A DNA stretch of 64,000 bases from Myxococcota bacterium (GTDB lineage Bacteria; Myxococcota_A; UBA9160; UBA4427). Position 1 is the stretch's first letter. The number at the start of each line of letters is the position of its first letter. The DNA is taken from assembly GCA_965250285.1 (NCBI GenBank), contig OZ252299.1:2752001-2816000 (forward strand), read 5' to 3'. The notes under the pieces are model-generated. The model had not been told where the DNA came from. It did not search any database and saw only the letters and a program-made list of their open reading frames with translations. Shown piece after piece: positions 51,222-60,146 of this stretch. A program made the translations under genes and the position numbers.

Positions 51222-51962
51222 TCAGCGCACGGCGCGCACCACCAGCGACACCGCCGACAGCGCGAGCACCCAGAGCACGATCTTCTCGAAGCGACGCTGA
51301 TCGAAGCGGGCGCGCAGGCGCTCGCCGAGCGGGACCGCGGCGAGGACGAGCGGGATCGCGGCGACGCCGATCCACAGCCGGGGACCGACGACCCGCCCCT
51401 CGACGGCGAGCGCCGCGAGCTGCGCGGCGCTCGCGACGAAGAACACGACACTGACCGCGAACACGAACGCACCCGCCGTCAGCCGGTACGCGTGCAGCCA
51501 CGCGGCGACCGGTGGCCCGCAGATGCCCACCGCGCCCTGCATCACGCCCGCGAAGAGGCCGACCGGCACTGCGCCGATGCGCGTCAGCTCGGGCGACAGC
51601 GAGCCTTCGGGTCGCAGCACGGCGTACGCGACGTAGGCGACGACGGTGCCAGCCAGCGCGAGGAGCAGCCAGAACTCGTCGACCGTCAGCAGCAGCTGCG
51701 TGCCGAAGAACGCCCCGATCACCCCGGCGACGGCGAGCGTCGGCAGGTCGCGGGTGAGCGGGGCCTCGAAGCGAACACGCCAGGCGAGCACGAGGTTCAT
51801 CAGCGTGTTGGGGAGCGCCACCACGATGGCCGCGTCCTCGACCGTGGCGAAGAGCGAGATCACCGGGATCGCGACCAGCGGAAAGCCCATCCCGGTCACG
51901 GCCTTCACCGCGACGCCGATGGCCATGGCGATGACACACACGACGATTTCGAAGCCGCTCAT
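51222..51962 (-). CDS. sulfite exporter TauE/SafE family membrane protein
   Basis: VKAVTGMGFPLVAIP, G..QGAVGICGPP, hydrophobic throughout. Confidence 0.82.
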   Translation of the reverse strand: MSGFEIVVCVIAMAIGVAVKAVTGMGFPLVAIPVISLFATVEDAAIVVALPNTLMNLVLAWRVRFEAPLTRDLPTLAVAGVIGAFFGTQLLLTVDEFWLLLALAGTVVAYVAYAVLRPEGSLSPELTRIGAVPVGLFAGVMQGAVGICGPPVAAWLHAYRLTAGAFVFAVSVVFFVASAAQLAALAVEGRVVGPRLWIGVAAIPLVLAAVPLGERLRARFDQRRFEKIVLWVLALSAVSLVVRAVR

Positions 51963-51970
51963 CAGGTCGC

Positions 51971-53347
51971 TCAGTCTGCCTCGTCGTCGCGCACCCCGCC
52001 GCGACCGGGTGCCGATCGCGGGCGGCGCGCCGAGGCGGTCGCCCCCGCGCCCTCCGCGTCGTCTTCGAACGTGTCGCCGTGCTTGTGCTGCATCGACAGC
52101 CCGGCGCGCACCGCGTCGCCCTGACTCGCGCGCACGATGGCGCGGCGGCCGAACCGATCGACCACCGCATCGAGCGCCTCGTTCAGCCTCGCGCGGCGCG
52201 CCTGCTCGGGCGAAGGCCCGAAGAGCCCGAGCTGCGCGCGGTCGCTCGGCGCAAGACCGGTGACCCCCACACCGATCAGCCGCACGGGCTCGGGCAGCCG
52301 CTCGGCCCGCAGCAGCGCATGGGCGGCCTGCGCGATGACCTCGCCATCCCGGGTCGGCTCGTCGAGCGTCGTCCGGCGCGTGTGCAGCGGGTAGCCACGC
52401 GGCCCGGGGCGCCGCCGTGTCGCGAGCCGCCACTTGAGCACCACCGTGCGCGCGACGAGCCCCGAGCGCCGCAGTCGCCGAGCCACGCTCTCGGCATGGG
52501 TGAGGATCGTCGCTTCGAGCAGCTCTCGGTCGGCGACGTCGCGCTCGAACGTGTTCTCCTCGCTGATCGACTTGGCGGCGCGCTCCGACTCGACCGACGC
52601 GTTCGCATCGGTCGCCTCCTCACCGCGCGCCATGCGGCGCAGACGGTGCGCGTCGTCGCCGAACGCCGCCTCGAGCAGCTCGCGGGGTGCGTCGGCGAGC
52701 TGTCCAATCGTCTCGAAGCCCCGGTCGCGGATCCTTCGTTCGGCGACCGGCCCGACGCCCCACAGCTTGCGCACCGGCAGCGGCGCCAGGAAGTCGCGGA
52801 CCGCCTCGGGCTCGATGACGAGCAGGCCGTCGGGCTTCGCCAGGGCGCTCGCGATCTTGGCCACGCGCTTCACCGGCGCGACGCCCACCGACACAGCGAG
52901 GCCGGTCTCCTCGCGCACCTGTGCCCGCAGCCGGGCCGCGACGTCGGCGGGGGCACCGAGGAGTCGCTCGGTGCCGGTCCAATCGAGGAACGCCTCGTCG
53001 AGCGACAGACCTTCGACGCGGGGCGAGAACGTGCGGAAGACGTCGAAGATGCGCTTCGACTCGCGCGCGTAGAGGGCCATGTTGCCGGGCACGAACACGA
53101 GGTCGGGGCAGAGGCGCTTCGCCTCGATCGAGGGCATCGCCGAGTGCACGCCAAAGACGCGCGCTTCGTAGCTCGCCGCCGACACCACGCCACGCGGGCC
53201 ACCGCCGCCGACGGCGATCGGGCGCCCGCGCAGCTCGGGGTGATCACGCTGCTCGACCGAGGCGTAGAACGCATCCATGTCGGCGTGCGCGATACAGCGC
53301 ACGGGCGAAGGAGCCGACGTGGAGGCGGGGCGATCCGGCGGGGGCAT
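51971..53347 (-). CDS. dinB: DNA polymerase IV
   Basis: HADMDAFYASVE, SAASYEARVFGV, LSLDEAF, AKIAS..KPDG, LWGVG, VRLIGV, QLGLF clamp motif. Confidence 0.95.
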   Translation of the reverse strand: MPPPDRPASTSAPSPVRCIAHADMDAFYASVEQRDHPELRGRPIAVGGGGPRGVVSAASYEARVFGVHSAMPSIEAKRLCPDLVFVPGNMALYARESKRIFDVFRTFSPRVEGLSLDEAFLDWTGTERLLGAPADVAARLRAQVREETGLAVSVGVAPVKRVAKIASALAKPDGLLVIEPEAVRDFLAPLPVRKLWGVGPVAERRIRDRGFETIGQLADAPRELLEAAFGDDAHRLRRMARGEEATDANASVESERAAKSISEENTFERDVADRELLEATILTHAESVARRLRRSGLVARTVVLKWRLATRRRPGPRGYPLHTRRTTLDEPTRDGEVIAQAAHALLRAERLPEPVRLIGVGVTGLAPSDRAQLGLFGPSPEQARRARLNEALDAVVDRFGRRAIVRASQGDAVRAGLSMQHKHGDTFEDDAEGAGATASARRPRSAPGRGGVRDDEAD

Positions 53348-53367
53348 GCAGGGGACCTCGTTGGGCG

Positions 53368-53405
53368 ACGATACCCTTGAGAAGAGGCGAACAAAAGACG
53401 AAAAT
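53368..53405. promoter_or_regulatory. divergent dinB/dnaE2 promoter region with conserved 18-bp element
   Basis: TTGAGA(53377)-17nt-GAAAAT(53400)-6nt-ATG for dnaE2; GGCGAACAAAAGACGAAA at 53386-53403; TATCGT -10 candidate on minus strand at 53368-53373 for dinB. Confidence 0.7.
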
Positions 53406-53411
53406 GGCGGA

Positions 53412-56400
53412 ATGCCCCCCGACCGCCCCCCGCGCCACCATGCCGCCCCCGACGACTACATCGAGCTGCGGGCGCGCAGCGCGTTCTCGTTTCTCGAAGG
53501 CAGCGCCCAGCCCGAAGACCTCGCCGAGCGCGCCGCCGAGCTGGGCTACCCGGCGCTGGCGCTCGCCGATCGCCACGGCGTCTCGGGCGCGCCGCGTTTT
53601 CACAAGGCGACCCGGGCAGCGGGCGTCCGCGGCCTCGTCGGCGCCGAGCTCTCGGTGGCGCGCCCGGGTGGACCGAGCGACGACCTGCTGCTGCTCGTCG
53701 AATCGCCGGCGGGCTGGCGGCGACTGTGTCGACTGATCACGGCGGGCCAGGCGGGCCGGCCGAAGGGCGAGTGTCAGGTCGACTGGCGCGACGTCGCCGA
53801 GCATGCGGGCGACTGGACCGTACTGGTGCACGGCGATGCGCGGCTGCGCCCCGAGCTCTTCGACCGCCTGCGCGAGACCTTCGGCGACCCGCGCGATGCC
53901 CGGGGCGATGCCCGCGAGCGCGTGTGGGTCGACGTGTCGCGACCGCTCGATCGCCGGGCCGAGCGCCACATGCGCCGCGCGGCCGACCTGGCCAGCGCGC
54001 ATGGCGTGCCGATCGTGGCCACGGGGGACGTGCGCTGCGCCCGGCCCGAGGGTCGACCGCTGCTCGACGCACTGACCTGCCTCTACCACAAGACCACGCT
54101 CGACCGGGCCGGTCGACGGCTGCTGCCCAACGGTGAGCACTACCTGCTCGCGCGCGAGTCGATGGCCGAGCGCTTCGCCGATCATCCCGAGTGGGTGCGC
54201 GCCACCCGGGCGATCGCCGAGCGCTGCGGCTTCACCCTCGAGAACCTCGGCTACCGGTTCCCCGAGTTTCCCCTCGCTCCGGGCGAGACCCAGCAGGGGC
54301 GGCTCGAGGCGCTGACCTGGCAGGGCGCGCGGGAGCGCTACGGCACCCCGCTGCCCGCCCGGGTCAGGCAGCAGATCGAGCACGAGCTGACGGTGATCGG
54401 CCGACTCGAGCTCGCCGGCTACTTCTTGATCGTCCACGACATCGCGCTCTTCGCAAAGCAGTCGAAGATTCTCTGCCAAGGTCGCGGTTCAGCAGCGAAT
54501 AGCGCCGTCTGTTACTCGCTCGGGATCACCGCGGTCGACCCGATCGGCATGGAGCTGCTCTTCGAGCGATTCCTCTCGGATGAGCGCGGTGAGTGGCCCG
54601 ACATCGATCTCGACCTGCCCTCGGGCGATCAGCGCGAGCGGGTGATCCAGTACGTCTTCAAGAAGTACGCGACCGGGGGCTCGGCGATGACCGCCAATGT
54701 CATCACCTACCGCCTGAAGATGGCCCTGCGCGAGATGGGCAAGGTGGTGGGGCTCGACGCCGACACCCTCGACCGGCTCTCGAAGACGGTCGGGCGCCTC
54801 GAGGCCGAGGACACCGTGGGCCAGATTCGCGAGCGCATGCGCGGGGTGGGGCTCGACGATGCGGCGCCAAGGGTGAAGCAACTTCTCGACCTCATCCTGC
54901 AAGTGCAAGGATTGCCTCGCCATCTTGGTCAACACTCGGGGGGCGTGGTCATCGCGGCCGGGCGCCTCGACGAGGTCGTGCCCATCGAGCCGGCGAGCAT
55001 GGACGACCGCCGCATCGTGCAGTGGGACAAGGACGACTGCGCCGATCTCGGCATCATCAAGATCGACCTGCTCGGGCTCGGCATGCTGCAGGCCCTCGAA
55101 GAGACGATCCCCCTGGTGCGACGGCACGAGGGCGTGGCCCTCGACCTCGCGAAGCTGCCCCCCGACGACCCGGCGACCTACGACATGATCTGCGACGCCG
55201 ACACGGTCGGGGTGTTCCAGATCGAGAGCCGGGCCCAGATGGCCACCCTGCCCCGCATGAAGCCGCGGCACTTCTACGACCTGGTGGTCGAGATCGCGAT
55301 CATCCGACCCGGCCCGATCGTGGGCCAGATGGTGCACCCCTATCTCAATCGCCGGGCCGGGCGCGAGCCGGTCGAAGTGCCCCACGAGAGCCTGCGGCCG
55401 ATCCTCGCTCGCACACTCGGGGTGCCGATCTTTCAGGAGCAGCTGCTGCGGGTGGCCATGACCGCAGCGGGCTTCACCGGCGGCGAGGCCGAAGAGCTGC
55501 GCCGGGCCATGGGCTTCAAACGCTCGATCGAGCGGATGGAGGCGATCGAGGCCCGGCTGCGCGCCGGCATGACGCGCAACGGCCTCGAGCCCGGGGCCCA
55601 GGACGAGGTCGTCCGGCACATCACGTCGTTCGCGCTCTACGGGTTCCCCGAGTCGCACTCGGCCTCGTTCGCCCTGATCGCCTATGCCTCCTGCTACCTC
55701 AAGCGTCATCACCCGGCGGCCTTCCTCGTCGGCCTGCTGAACGCCTGGCCGATGGGCTTCTACAACCCGGCCACCCTCGTGCAGGACGCCCAGCGGCACG
55801 GGGTCGAGGTGCGACCGATCGACGTCACCCGCTCGACCTGGGGGTCGAGCCTCGAGCCGGGCCACCCGGCCGCGGCACCGCGGCCGATGCGGCACGGCCC
55901 GGCCCACGCCGGGCGACCCGCCGCCCGCATCGGGCTGCGCTTCGTGCACGGTCTGCGCGAAGAGACGGCCCTGCGCCTCGAGCACGAGCGGCGCGCGCGC
56001 CCCTTCGGCGATCTCTCCGATCTCGTGAAGCGCGTCGGCTTCGTCGGCGACGAGCTCGACGCGTTGGCCGAGGCGGGCGCCCTGGCGAGCCTGCCCGGCG
56101 CCTCGAACGAGCGCCGGGCCGCGCTCTGGCAGGTGGCGGGGATCGAGCGCGACACCCGGTCGCTCTTCGCGGGGCAGACCGCCGCCGATCACGGCCGCGC
56201 CGAGGAGGCGGGCCTTGCCCCGATGGACGCGATCGAGACGACGCTCGCCGACTATCGGCGCTCGGGGCTGACGACCGGCCCCCAGCTTCTCGCGCACTTC
56301 CGGGCCGAGCTGCGCGAGCGCGGGATCCTCGCCGCAGCCGACCTGCGCCACGTGCCGAACGGGCGCTGGGTGCGTACGGCGGGACACGTCATCGTGCGGC

Positions 56401-56639
56401 AGCGGCCGGGCTCGGCGAAGGGTTTCGTCTTTCTCACCCTCGAGGACGAGACGGGGCTCAGCAACGCCGTGGTGACGCCCCCCGTCTTCGACCGCTTCCG
56501 CGTGCCGATGCACGCGCATGCGCTGCTCGAGGTCGCGGGCCCGATCCAGAACGTCGACAACGTGATCCATGTGCGGCTCACCGAGCTCAAGCCCCTCGAG
56601 CTGCACGCCTCGATGCCGGCATCGCGCAGCTACCGCTGA
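53412..56639 (+). CDS. dnaE2: error-prone C-family DNA polymerase DnaE2 (ImuC)
   Basis: SAFSFLEG PHP start, GRGSAANSAVCY, WPDIDLD, PRHLGQHSGG, VFQIESRAQM, YGFPESHSASF, WPMGFY, short C-terminus ending SRSYR (SRDFH-type tail). Confidence 0.95.
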   Translation: MPPDRPPRHHAAPDDYIELRARSAFSFLEGSAQPEDLAERAAELGYPALALADRHGVSGAPRFHKATRAAGVRGLVGAELSVARPGGPSDDLLLLVESPAGWRRLCRLITAGQAGRPKGECQVDWRDVAEHAGDWTVLVHGDARLRPELFDRLRETFGDPRDARGDARERVWVDVSRPLDRRAERHMRRAADLASAHGVPIVATGDVRCARPEGRPLLDALTCLYHKTTLDRAGRRLLPNGEHYLLARESMAERFADHPEWVRATRAIAERCGFTLENLGYRFPEFPLAPGETQQGRLEALTWQGARERYGTPLPARVRQQIEHELTVIGRLELAGYFLIVHDIALFAKQSKILCQGRGSAANSAVCYSLGITAVDPIGMELLFERFLSDERGEWPDIDLDLPSGDQRERVIQYVFKKYATGGSAMTANVITYRLKMALREMGKVVGLDADTLDRLSKTVGRLEAEDTVGQIRERMRGVGLDDAAPRVKQLLDLILQVQGLPRHLGQHSGGVVIAAGRLDEVVPIEPASMDDRRIVQWDKDDCADLGIIKIDLLGLGMLQALEETIPLVRRHEGVALDLAKLPPDDPATYDMICDADTVGVFQIESRAQMATLPRMKPRHFYDLVVEIAIIRPGPIVGQMVHPYLNRRAGREPVEVPHESLRPILARTLGVPIFQEQLLRVAMTAAGFTGGEAEELRRAMGFKRSIERMEAIEARLRAGMTRNGLEPGAQDEVVRHITSFALYGFPESHSASFALIAYASCYLKRHHPAAFLVGLLNAWPMGFYNPATLVQDAQRHGVEVRPIDVTRSTWGSSLEPGHPAAAPRPMRHGPAHAGRPAARIGLRFVHGLREETALRLEHERRARPFGDLSDLVKRVGFVGDELDALAEAGALASLPGASNERRAALWQVAGIERDTRSLFAGQTAADHGRAEEAGLAPMDAIETTLADYRRSGLTTGPQLLAHFRAELRERGILAAADLRHVPNGRWVRTAGHVIVRQRPGSAKGFVFLTLEDETGLSNAVVTPPVFDRFRVPMHAHALLEVAGPIQNVDNVIHVRLTELKPLELHASMPASRSYR

Positions 56640-56845
56640 CGATCCCGACCGATGCGATCGCGACGCGTGTGATGAGCCAAAGGCGGCAGCGAGCCGAGGC
56701 CGCCGCGCCGGCTCCGACCGACGTGTGCATCGATCGCACAGGCGTCGGCTTCGATGCGTCACCCAACCGTGCATGCGGGTCACTTGCATGCAGAAAATCG
56801 CGCGTACTCATGCGCAAACGATTCCATTCGAAGAGCGGGCCAGAT

Positions 56846-57955
56846 ATGTTCCCGCTCGCCGACCCCAGCCCCGGAGCAATCCCCCCCTTGCCCCGCACTG
56901 CCCACGCCCAAACGGCCGTCCGCGGCCCGCTCGACGCGCTCTCGGATCGCGAGCTGCTCGCTCTGCGGCTCTGCGATCTCGACGTGTCGCTCGAAGGCAG
57001 CTGGGTCGCGGATCTGATCGATCAGGTGCTCGGCGAGCTGGCCGCCACGGGCCTGCGCCTTCGGCCGCACTTCTGGCTGTCGGAGGAGTGGTTCTCGCCC
57101 GACGCGGTGCCCGGCGTCGCCGTGCCCTTCTACCTGGCGCACCCGCGGCTCGTGCGGCTCGAGCGCAGACAGATGCTCGAAGCCGAGGGCGCGACGCGAG
57201 AGAGCTGTCTCAAGCTGCTGCGCCATGAGGTCGGTCACGCCGTGCAGCACGCCTACCGTCTGCATCGGCGCCCGAGCTGGCGCGCGAAGTTCGGCTCCTC
57301 GTCGACGCCGTACCCCGACTTCTATCGGCCCGACCCGACCAGCCGCCAGCACGTGCTGCACCTCGACTACTGGTACGCCCAGGCCCACCCCGACGAGGAC
57401 TTCGCCGAGACCTTCGCCGTGTGGCTCACGCCGGGCTCGCGCTGGCGGCAGGCCTACCGGGGCTGGGCGGCGCTCGAGAAGCTCGAATACGTCGACGAGC
57501 TCGTCCGCACCCTCGAAGGGGTCGCGCCGCCGGTGCGCAGCCGCGCGCGGCCCGAGCACCTGCCCCGGCTGCGGCGCACGCTCGCCGACTACTACGCCGA
57601 GAAGCGCGAACGCTTCGAGGGCAATGGCGACGAGGTCTGGGACGAAGACCTGATGCGGCTCTTCAGCAAGCCGGAGGGCTCTGCGAAGGGCATGGCTGCG
57701 GACCGGCCGCGGGGTGAGTCGGCGGCGGCGTTCCTGCACCGGGCGCGGGGGCGCGTGCGCCGCCGAGTGGCCCGCTGCACCGCCCGGCACGAGTACGCCA
57801 TCGATCTGGTGCTGCGCGAGATGACGGCGCGCTGCCGCGAGCTGGGGCTGCGCGCGACGGCGCCCGCCGATCAGCTCGAGCGCGACCTCGCGATCCTGGT
57901 CGCCGCGCGCGGCGCCGAGTACGTCTCGTGGCGACGGGAGTGGCACGCGCTCTAG
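56846..57955 (+). CDS. putative zinc-binding metallopeptidase
   Basis: HEVGH (HExxH) followed by YAQAHPDEDFAETFAVW; start provisional. Confidence 0.78.
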   Translation: MFPLADPSPGAIPPLPRTAHAQTAVRGPLDALSDRELLALRLCDLDVSLEGSWVADLIDQVLGELAATGLRLRPHFWLSEEWFSPDAVPGVAVPFYLAHPRLVRLERRQMLEAEGATRESCLKLLRHEVGHAVQHAYRLHRRPSWRAKFGSSSTPYPDFYRPDPTSRQHVLHLDYWYAQAHPDEDFAETFAVWLTPGSRWRQAYRGWAALEKLEYVDELVRTLEGVAPPVRSRARPEHLPRLRRTLADYYAEKRERFEGNGDEVWDEDLMRLFSKPEGSAKGMAADRPRGESAAAFLHRARGRVRRRVARCTARHEYAIDLVLREMTARCRELGLRATAPADQLERDLAILVAARGAEYVSWRREWHAL

Positions 57956-58044
57956 AGCGCCATGCGCGGGCTCGCTTCACTCGGCCGGGCCCGGGCTGCC
58001 CGCCGGGGAGCGCGGACCGCCGCACTTCGCCACCATCCCACATC

Positions 58045-59049
58045 ATGAAGAAGCGGCGCGTCCTCGTCCTCACCCACGAAGACCTGGTGGTGCCCGACTC
58101 GCGCCAGGGCCTGACCGACCAGCAGAAGCACGAGATCAAGTGCGAGTGGGACGTCGTGACGACGCTGCGCGCCGGCGGCCACGACGTGCGCCAGCTCGGC
58201 GTCAGCCACGATCTGCTTCCGATCCGGCACACCGTCGAAGACTGGCGCCCCCACGTGGTCTTCAACCTGCTCGAGGAGTTTCAGGAAGAGGCGATCTACG
58301 ACCACAACGTCGTCGCCTACCTGCAGCTGCTGAAAGCGGCCTACACGGGCTGCGGCCCGCGCGGCCTCGTGCTCACCCGCGACAAGTCGCTCGCGAAGAA
58401 GCTCGTCGCCTACCACCGGGTGCGGGTGCCGCGCTTCTTCGTCGCGCGTCGGGGGCGCAAGCTGCGGGCGGTGAAGGGCCTGCGCGCCCCGCTGATCGTG
58501 AAGAGCCTGGTCGAGGAGGCCTCGACGGCCATCGCCCAGGCATCGGTGGTGCACACCGAGGAGAAGCTCGCTGAACGCGTCCGCTTCGTGCACGAGCACG
58601 TCGAGACCGACGCGATCGTCGAAGAATTCATCGAGGGGCGGGAGATCTACGTCGCCGTGCTGGGCAACGAGCGGCTCCAGGTGCTGCCGCCTCAGGAGCT
58701 GGTCATCGGCGACCTCGGCGAAGGAGAGCGGCTGATCGCCACCGAGAAGGTCAAACACGACCCGGCCTACCAGAAGAAGCGCAAGATCCGGCTTCGGCCC
58801 GCCAAGCTCGAGCCCGATCAGCTGCGCACGCTCGAGCGCACCTCGCGGCGGGTGTACAAGACGCTCGAGCTGCGAGGCTACGCGCGGATCGACTTTCGGC
58901 TCTCGCCCGAAGGCGAGTTCTACTTTCTCGAAGCCAATCCGAACCCCGAGCTGGCCAAGGGCGAAGAGGTCGCGAGCGCCGCCAAACAGGTGGGCCTCGA
59001 GTATCCCGATCTGCTCGAGAAGATCCTCCGGCTCGGGATGCGCACCTGA
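58045..59049 (+). CDS. ATP-grasp ligase, D-Ala-D-Ala ligase-like but atypical
   Basis: VVFNLLE, YTGCG...DKSLAK, PLIVKS, EEFIEGRE, GYARIDFR, FLEANPNP. Confidence 0.85.
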   Translation: MKKRRVLVLTHEDLVVPDSRQGLTDQQKHEIKCEWDVVTTLRAGGHDVRQLGVSHDLLPIRHTVEDWRPHVVFNLLEEFQEEAIYDHNVVAYLQLLKAAYTGCGPRGLVLTRDKSLAKKLVAYHRVRVPRFFVARRGRKLRAVKGLRAPLIVKSLVEEASTAIAQASVVHTEEKLAERVRFVHEHVETDAIVEEFIEGREIYVAVLGNERLQVLPPQELVIGDLGEGERLIATEKVKHDPAYQKKRKIRLRPAKLEPDQLRTLERTSRRVYKTLELRGYARIDFRLSPEGEFYFLEANPNPELAKGEEVASAAKQVGLEYPDLLEKILRLGMRT

Positions 59050-59072
59050 CGCCCCGCGCCGTCGCTCTCGGA

Positions 59073-59843
59073 TCAGGCCTCGGCGGTGGCGAGGCCGGAT
59101 CGCAGACGCGCGAGGTACCAGGTCGGGGGAAAGAAGCTCAACACCAGCGCGACCAGACCGCACAGCGCGGCGATGCCCATCACGGCGCGCAGCGGGCCGA
59201 GCATCGCGCTCTGCACTTCGAGCGCGTCGATCTGCCCCACCTGATCGGCGAGCAGGATCGGCAGCACGATGCGCAGCACCAGCGCCGTCGCGGGGAGCGC
59301 GGCGAAGGCCGCCGTCCACACGCCCCAGAGCGCGAATCGATTCGCGACGACCGGGTCGGCGAGGCCCAGGCCGACGCGACGTCGCATGCGGCGCCAGTAG
59401 CCGATCGACTCGGCGCAGGCCCAGATCGTCGGCACCACCCGCATGAAGTTGGTGGCGATGATCGCGACCGAGTCTTCGGTGTGCGCCGCGCCCGTGGCGA
59501 GCGAGAAGGCCGTCGTCGCCACCTGAAGCCCGACCAGCGCCACCGCGAGGGCCCGAACGGTCGGCGAGTCGGCGTGAAAGACGCGCCAGACGAAGATCGT
59601 GAGGCTGACCGAAGCGGCGAAGAGGCCGAGGTGGCCGACCACGTTCATCGCCTGACCGACCGAGGCCCCGTCGGCGACCAGCGTCGCCCCCGAGATCCGC
59701 AGCGGCATGCCCCAGGCGATGAAAAGGAAGTAGAGCCCCGCCCAGCGCTCGGGGCCGGCGGCTTCGCCGCGCGACTGCAGCAGCAGGCGCACCGAGGGCG
59801 CGATCAGCAGGACGAACATCAAAATCGGGACAACGAACTTCAT
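59073..59843 (-). CDS. hypothetical polytopic (about 7 TM) membrane protein
   Basis: about seven hydrophobic segments, GGAGG RBS, no recognised catalytic motif. Confidence 0.7.
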   Translation of the reverse strand: MKFVVPILMFVLLIAPSVRLLLQSRGEAAGPERWAGLYFLFIAWGMPLRISGATLVADGASVGQAMNVVGHLGLFAASVSLTIFVWRVFHADSPTVRALAVALVGLQVATTAFSLATGAAHTEDSVAIIATNFMRVVPTIWACAESIGYWRRMRRRVGLGLADPVVANRFALWGVWTAAFAALPATALVLRIVLPILLADQVGQIDALEVQSAMLGPLRAVMGIAALCGLVALVLSFFPPTWYLARLRSGLATAEA

Positions 59844-60146
59844 GGGGGCCTCCGTTCGTTGTCATCGGATGAGCCAGGGCGCGCTTGATCGGGCGTTTCC
59901 CTGACACGTCGATGCACCGCCCGCGGCGCCCTGGGTGCCCCCGAGGCGGCGAACCCGACGACCCCGCCCGCCCGAGGCGGCCGAATTGCGCTCGCATGGC
60001 AGGTCTTGCGCTGGCAATGCGACCGCCCGTCACGCAGGAACGCATCGAGGGCACCTACTGCAAGCGAGCCCGCCGCGCCGCAGCGGCCCGGTATACTGCA
60101 CGGTCGGCCGGGTCACACGCGCCGGTCGTGAGCGAGAGAGGCCCCC

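Noticed and set aside
54593..56845. N-terminal 750 aa of ORF 54593..57955 as a fusion or frameshift product with dnaE2
   Set aside because: Arg/Gly/Pro-rich off-frame read of dnaE2; dnaE2 ends with its normal tail and only the part from about 56846 looks like a real protein
58045..59049. Calling this gene ddl or a van resistance ligase
   Set aside because: Lacks Ddl N-terminal and E.NT.PG signatures and has no vanH/vanX context
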